Shown: one piece after another, positions 61,885-64,000 of the stretch
Layout: each line of letters begins with the position of its first letter
Position numbering within the stretch: the stretch's first letter is position 1
Origin: the human T2T-CHM13v2.0 reference genome, Homo sapiens
Assembly (NCBI RefSeq): GCF_009914755.1
Contig: NC_060945.1
Strand: one strand, 5' to 3'
DNA: 64,000 nucleotides
Notes under the pieces: generated by a model
The model's database searches: none
The model's input: the letters and a program-made list of their open reading frames with translations, nothing else
Told to the model about the DNA's origin: nothing
Position numbers and translations under genes: made by a program

Positions 61885-61990
61885 GTGCCTGCTTTGGCGG
61901 CACATATCCTAAAATTGGAACAATACAGAGAAAGTTAGCATGGCTTCTGCATAAGGAGGCAGCACAACTCTTTGAGGCATTCCATATTTT
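61885..61990 (+). pseudogene. Full-length U6 snRNA pseudogene in POTE intron 5
   Basis: GTGCCTGCTTTGGCGGCACATATCCTAAAATTGGAACAATACAGAGAA...TTCCATATTTT aligns end to end with U6, with many substitutions. Confidence 0.9.
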
Positions 61991-63112
61991 GTGCAGTCAC
62001 TGGAAGATCATTTCACTATCTGCTGACTAGCTCTAAGGAAACAGTGTGAATCAAAGCAAAATGGGTGCCACCAAAATATCGAAATGTGATTTGTGCTGCA
62101 AAAATAGTCATGGAAGATGGTCTGTGAGATGATTTAGAGCTGAATAATGTGTTCGGTGCAAAATATATTAAGTATGTATGTCAAAAATTAGAGAATGTCA
62201 ATTTGCAGCTTCTTCATGAAAACTGAAAAAAAATAAAAGTAGAGTTTTGGTCTCCCATGTCAGCTGGAATTGAACATCAATATAAAGCATTATCCTAACA
62301 AACATCTGCTGGCTCAGAGTTTGAGTCTGTAGAGAAGGATCATTGCTCCAAGCCAGGTCTTAACATCCATTGGTTTTTCTGCCCTTAGCACAACAAATTG
62401 GTCAACTCCGTAATAGTGGACAATCACATTATCTACTTTAATGAGAGATTTATGAAAAAATTTAGTTACAAACTATGACACAGTTGAGATGCCCTGAATT
62501 ATAAGCCATAAGGAGTAGGACAACTAAGAAGCAAAATTAGGACTTAATAACATTTTCTGAAAACTACAGCATTTGCATATTAGAACCTGTGAACAAAATA
62601 CACATGGGGTTTTATTTGGGATTCCAAGATAATTTTAGTCATAAAGTTTAGGAACAGATTATTCCATTGCTTTACTATTTCTCTGAGCATTTAAAAAATG
62701 TTACCTTGTTAAATATTTGTAACAACCTAGTGAAATAAGGCAGCAAAGTCCTCACTTTGTAGAAGAAGACATTGAGCCTAAGAGAAGAAATTTGTCCAAG
62801 AACTAATAGCTGTTCATTATGGAGCTAGGACTTATGCAGAGTTGGGACACTTTCTATTATGTCATGCTAATGCATGCTGATTTACTGGGTCACAGTGTCC
62901 TTGATTTATGAGCATTTCACCTAATTTTTTTTCTTCTTTAATTAGAAGCTTAAAGAAAAGTTTGTAGAATGTACTCATAAGTGTATGGGATAATACTGTT
63001 AAATTCTGATATTATGAAATTGTTTGAAATACTCTAAGAATTTTACATTTGGTAAGTATTTTTTATATCAGTATTAAAATAGTAATTTGGTTTATTACAT
63101 TTTTATACATAG

Positions 63113-63183
63113 AATTTGTGAATTACTTTCTGACTATAAAGAAAAACAGATGCTAAAAATCTCTTCTGAAAACAGCAATCCAG
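63113..63183 (+). CDS. POTED: POTE coding exon 6 ([23 protein letters not shown]); gene continues beyond window
   Basis: Acceptor tacatag|A, donor CAG|gtaaga; 71 bp. Confidence 0.9.
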
Positions 63184-63214
63184 GTAAGACTTGTGATAAT
63201 GAATTACTTTAGGT

Positions 63215-63741
63215 CAGTTGTCCACAATGTTTTGGGCAGCAGGGACCAGTTTTCTGGAAGACAGTCTTTCCATGGGCTGGGGGAAGGTGGGGATGGTTTC
63301 AGGATTATTCAGCCATGTTTCATTTATTGTGCTACTTTATATTATTATTACATTGTAATATATAATGAAATAATTATACAACTTACCATAATGTAGAATC
63401 CGTGGAAACTCTGAGCTTATTTTTCTGCAACTAGATGGTCTCATCTGGGGGCAAAGTGAGACAGTGACATATCATCAGGCATTAGATTCTCATATGAAGC
63501 ACACAACCTAGATCCCTCAGATGAGCAGTTCACAACAGGGTTCATGCTCCAATGAGTATCTAGTGCTATCACTGATCTGACTGGAGGCAGAGTTCAGGCG
63601 GTAATATGAGCCATGGGGTGTGGCTGTAAGTACAGGTGAAGCTTCCCTGGTTTGCCTGCTGCTCACCTCCTCCTGTGTGGTGTGGTTCATAATAGTCCAT
63701 GGAGTGGTACCAGTCTGTGACCTGGGAGTTGTGGGCCCCTG
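63215..63741 (+). mobile_element. MER1A hAT-Charlie element
   Basis: 527 bp with CAG...CTG termini and a near-perfect 8-bp TSD ctttaggt / ctctaggt. Confidence 0.85.
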
Positions 63742-64000
63742 CTCTAGGTGGTCCTACCGTAGATAAATAAATAAAAGTAAGGAATTTTTGATCACAAAAG
63801 AACGCCAAAGCACAAGTCATGTTACATATCCTTGTCCCAACAAGGTCTCACTCTTACTGACTTCATTCCTCCTCATTTGAAGTTGGAAAGAGATACATTT
63901 ACTTTGTTGGAACAAGATGTGTTCTTCTACCTGCTGGTCAATTGTCTTGATAACAGTAATTTTGTTAGAACAAGATGCTCTGCTACCATTTACCAAAAGA

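Noticed and set aside
61885-61990. Functional U6 gene
   Set aside because: It carries many substitutions, has no recognisable upstream PSE, and sits within retrotransposition hallmarks.
62040-62130. Resemblance of the U6 partner peptide (KYRNVI..A.IV.EDGLR) to SLC25 carrier loops
   Set aside because: The match is superficial and the PX[D/E]XX[K/R] signature is not intact; it cannot be assigned without a search.

Overview
This is primate genomic DNA, almost certainly human, from a repeat-rich pericentromeric segmental duplication. It holds two gene-like loci. The first is the 5' half of a POTE-family gene on the + strand: six coding exons from 50537 to 63183, all GT-AG with phases that join, encoding three 37-aa Cys-rich repeats followed by ankyrin repeats. 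The gene continues past the window end. The translation matches POTED/ANKRD21 (chr21q11.2) as I remember it; I did not check this against a database. The second is a family-4K olfactory receptor pseudogene on the - strand (21358-22302) with two frameshifts, probably OR4K12P. Most of the remainder is L1, Alu, LTR, MER and MIR/L2 sequence, and most ORF-track entries are L1/Alu remnants or chance ORFs. I see no evidence for a wholly new biological system. The most interesting items are retrotransposition and rearrangement footprints: a U6 snRNA-mRNA chimeric retrocopy with target-site duplications (TSDs) in POTE intron 5, an unidentified polyadenylated retrocopy replacing part of an old L1, a locally copied AluY-plus-flank segment splitting a MER58A, an L1PA2-like insertion with a short 3' transduction, a twin-primed inverted L1, and an A-depleted degenerate minisatellite with G4 motifs at the POTE promoter. 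Repeat subfamily names come from visual recognition, and boundaries of old repeats are approximate.
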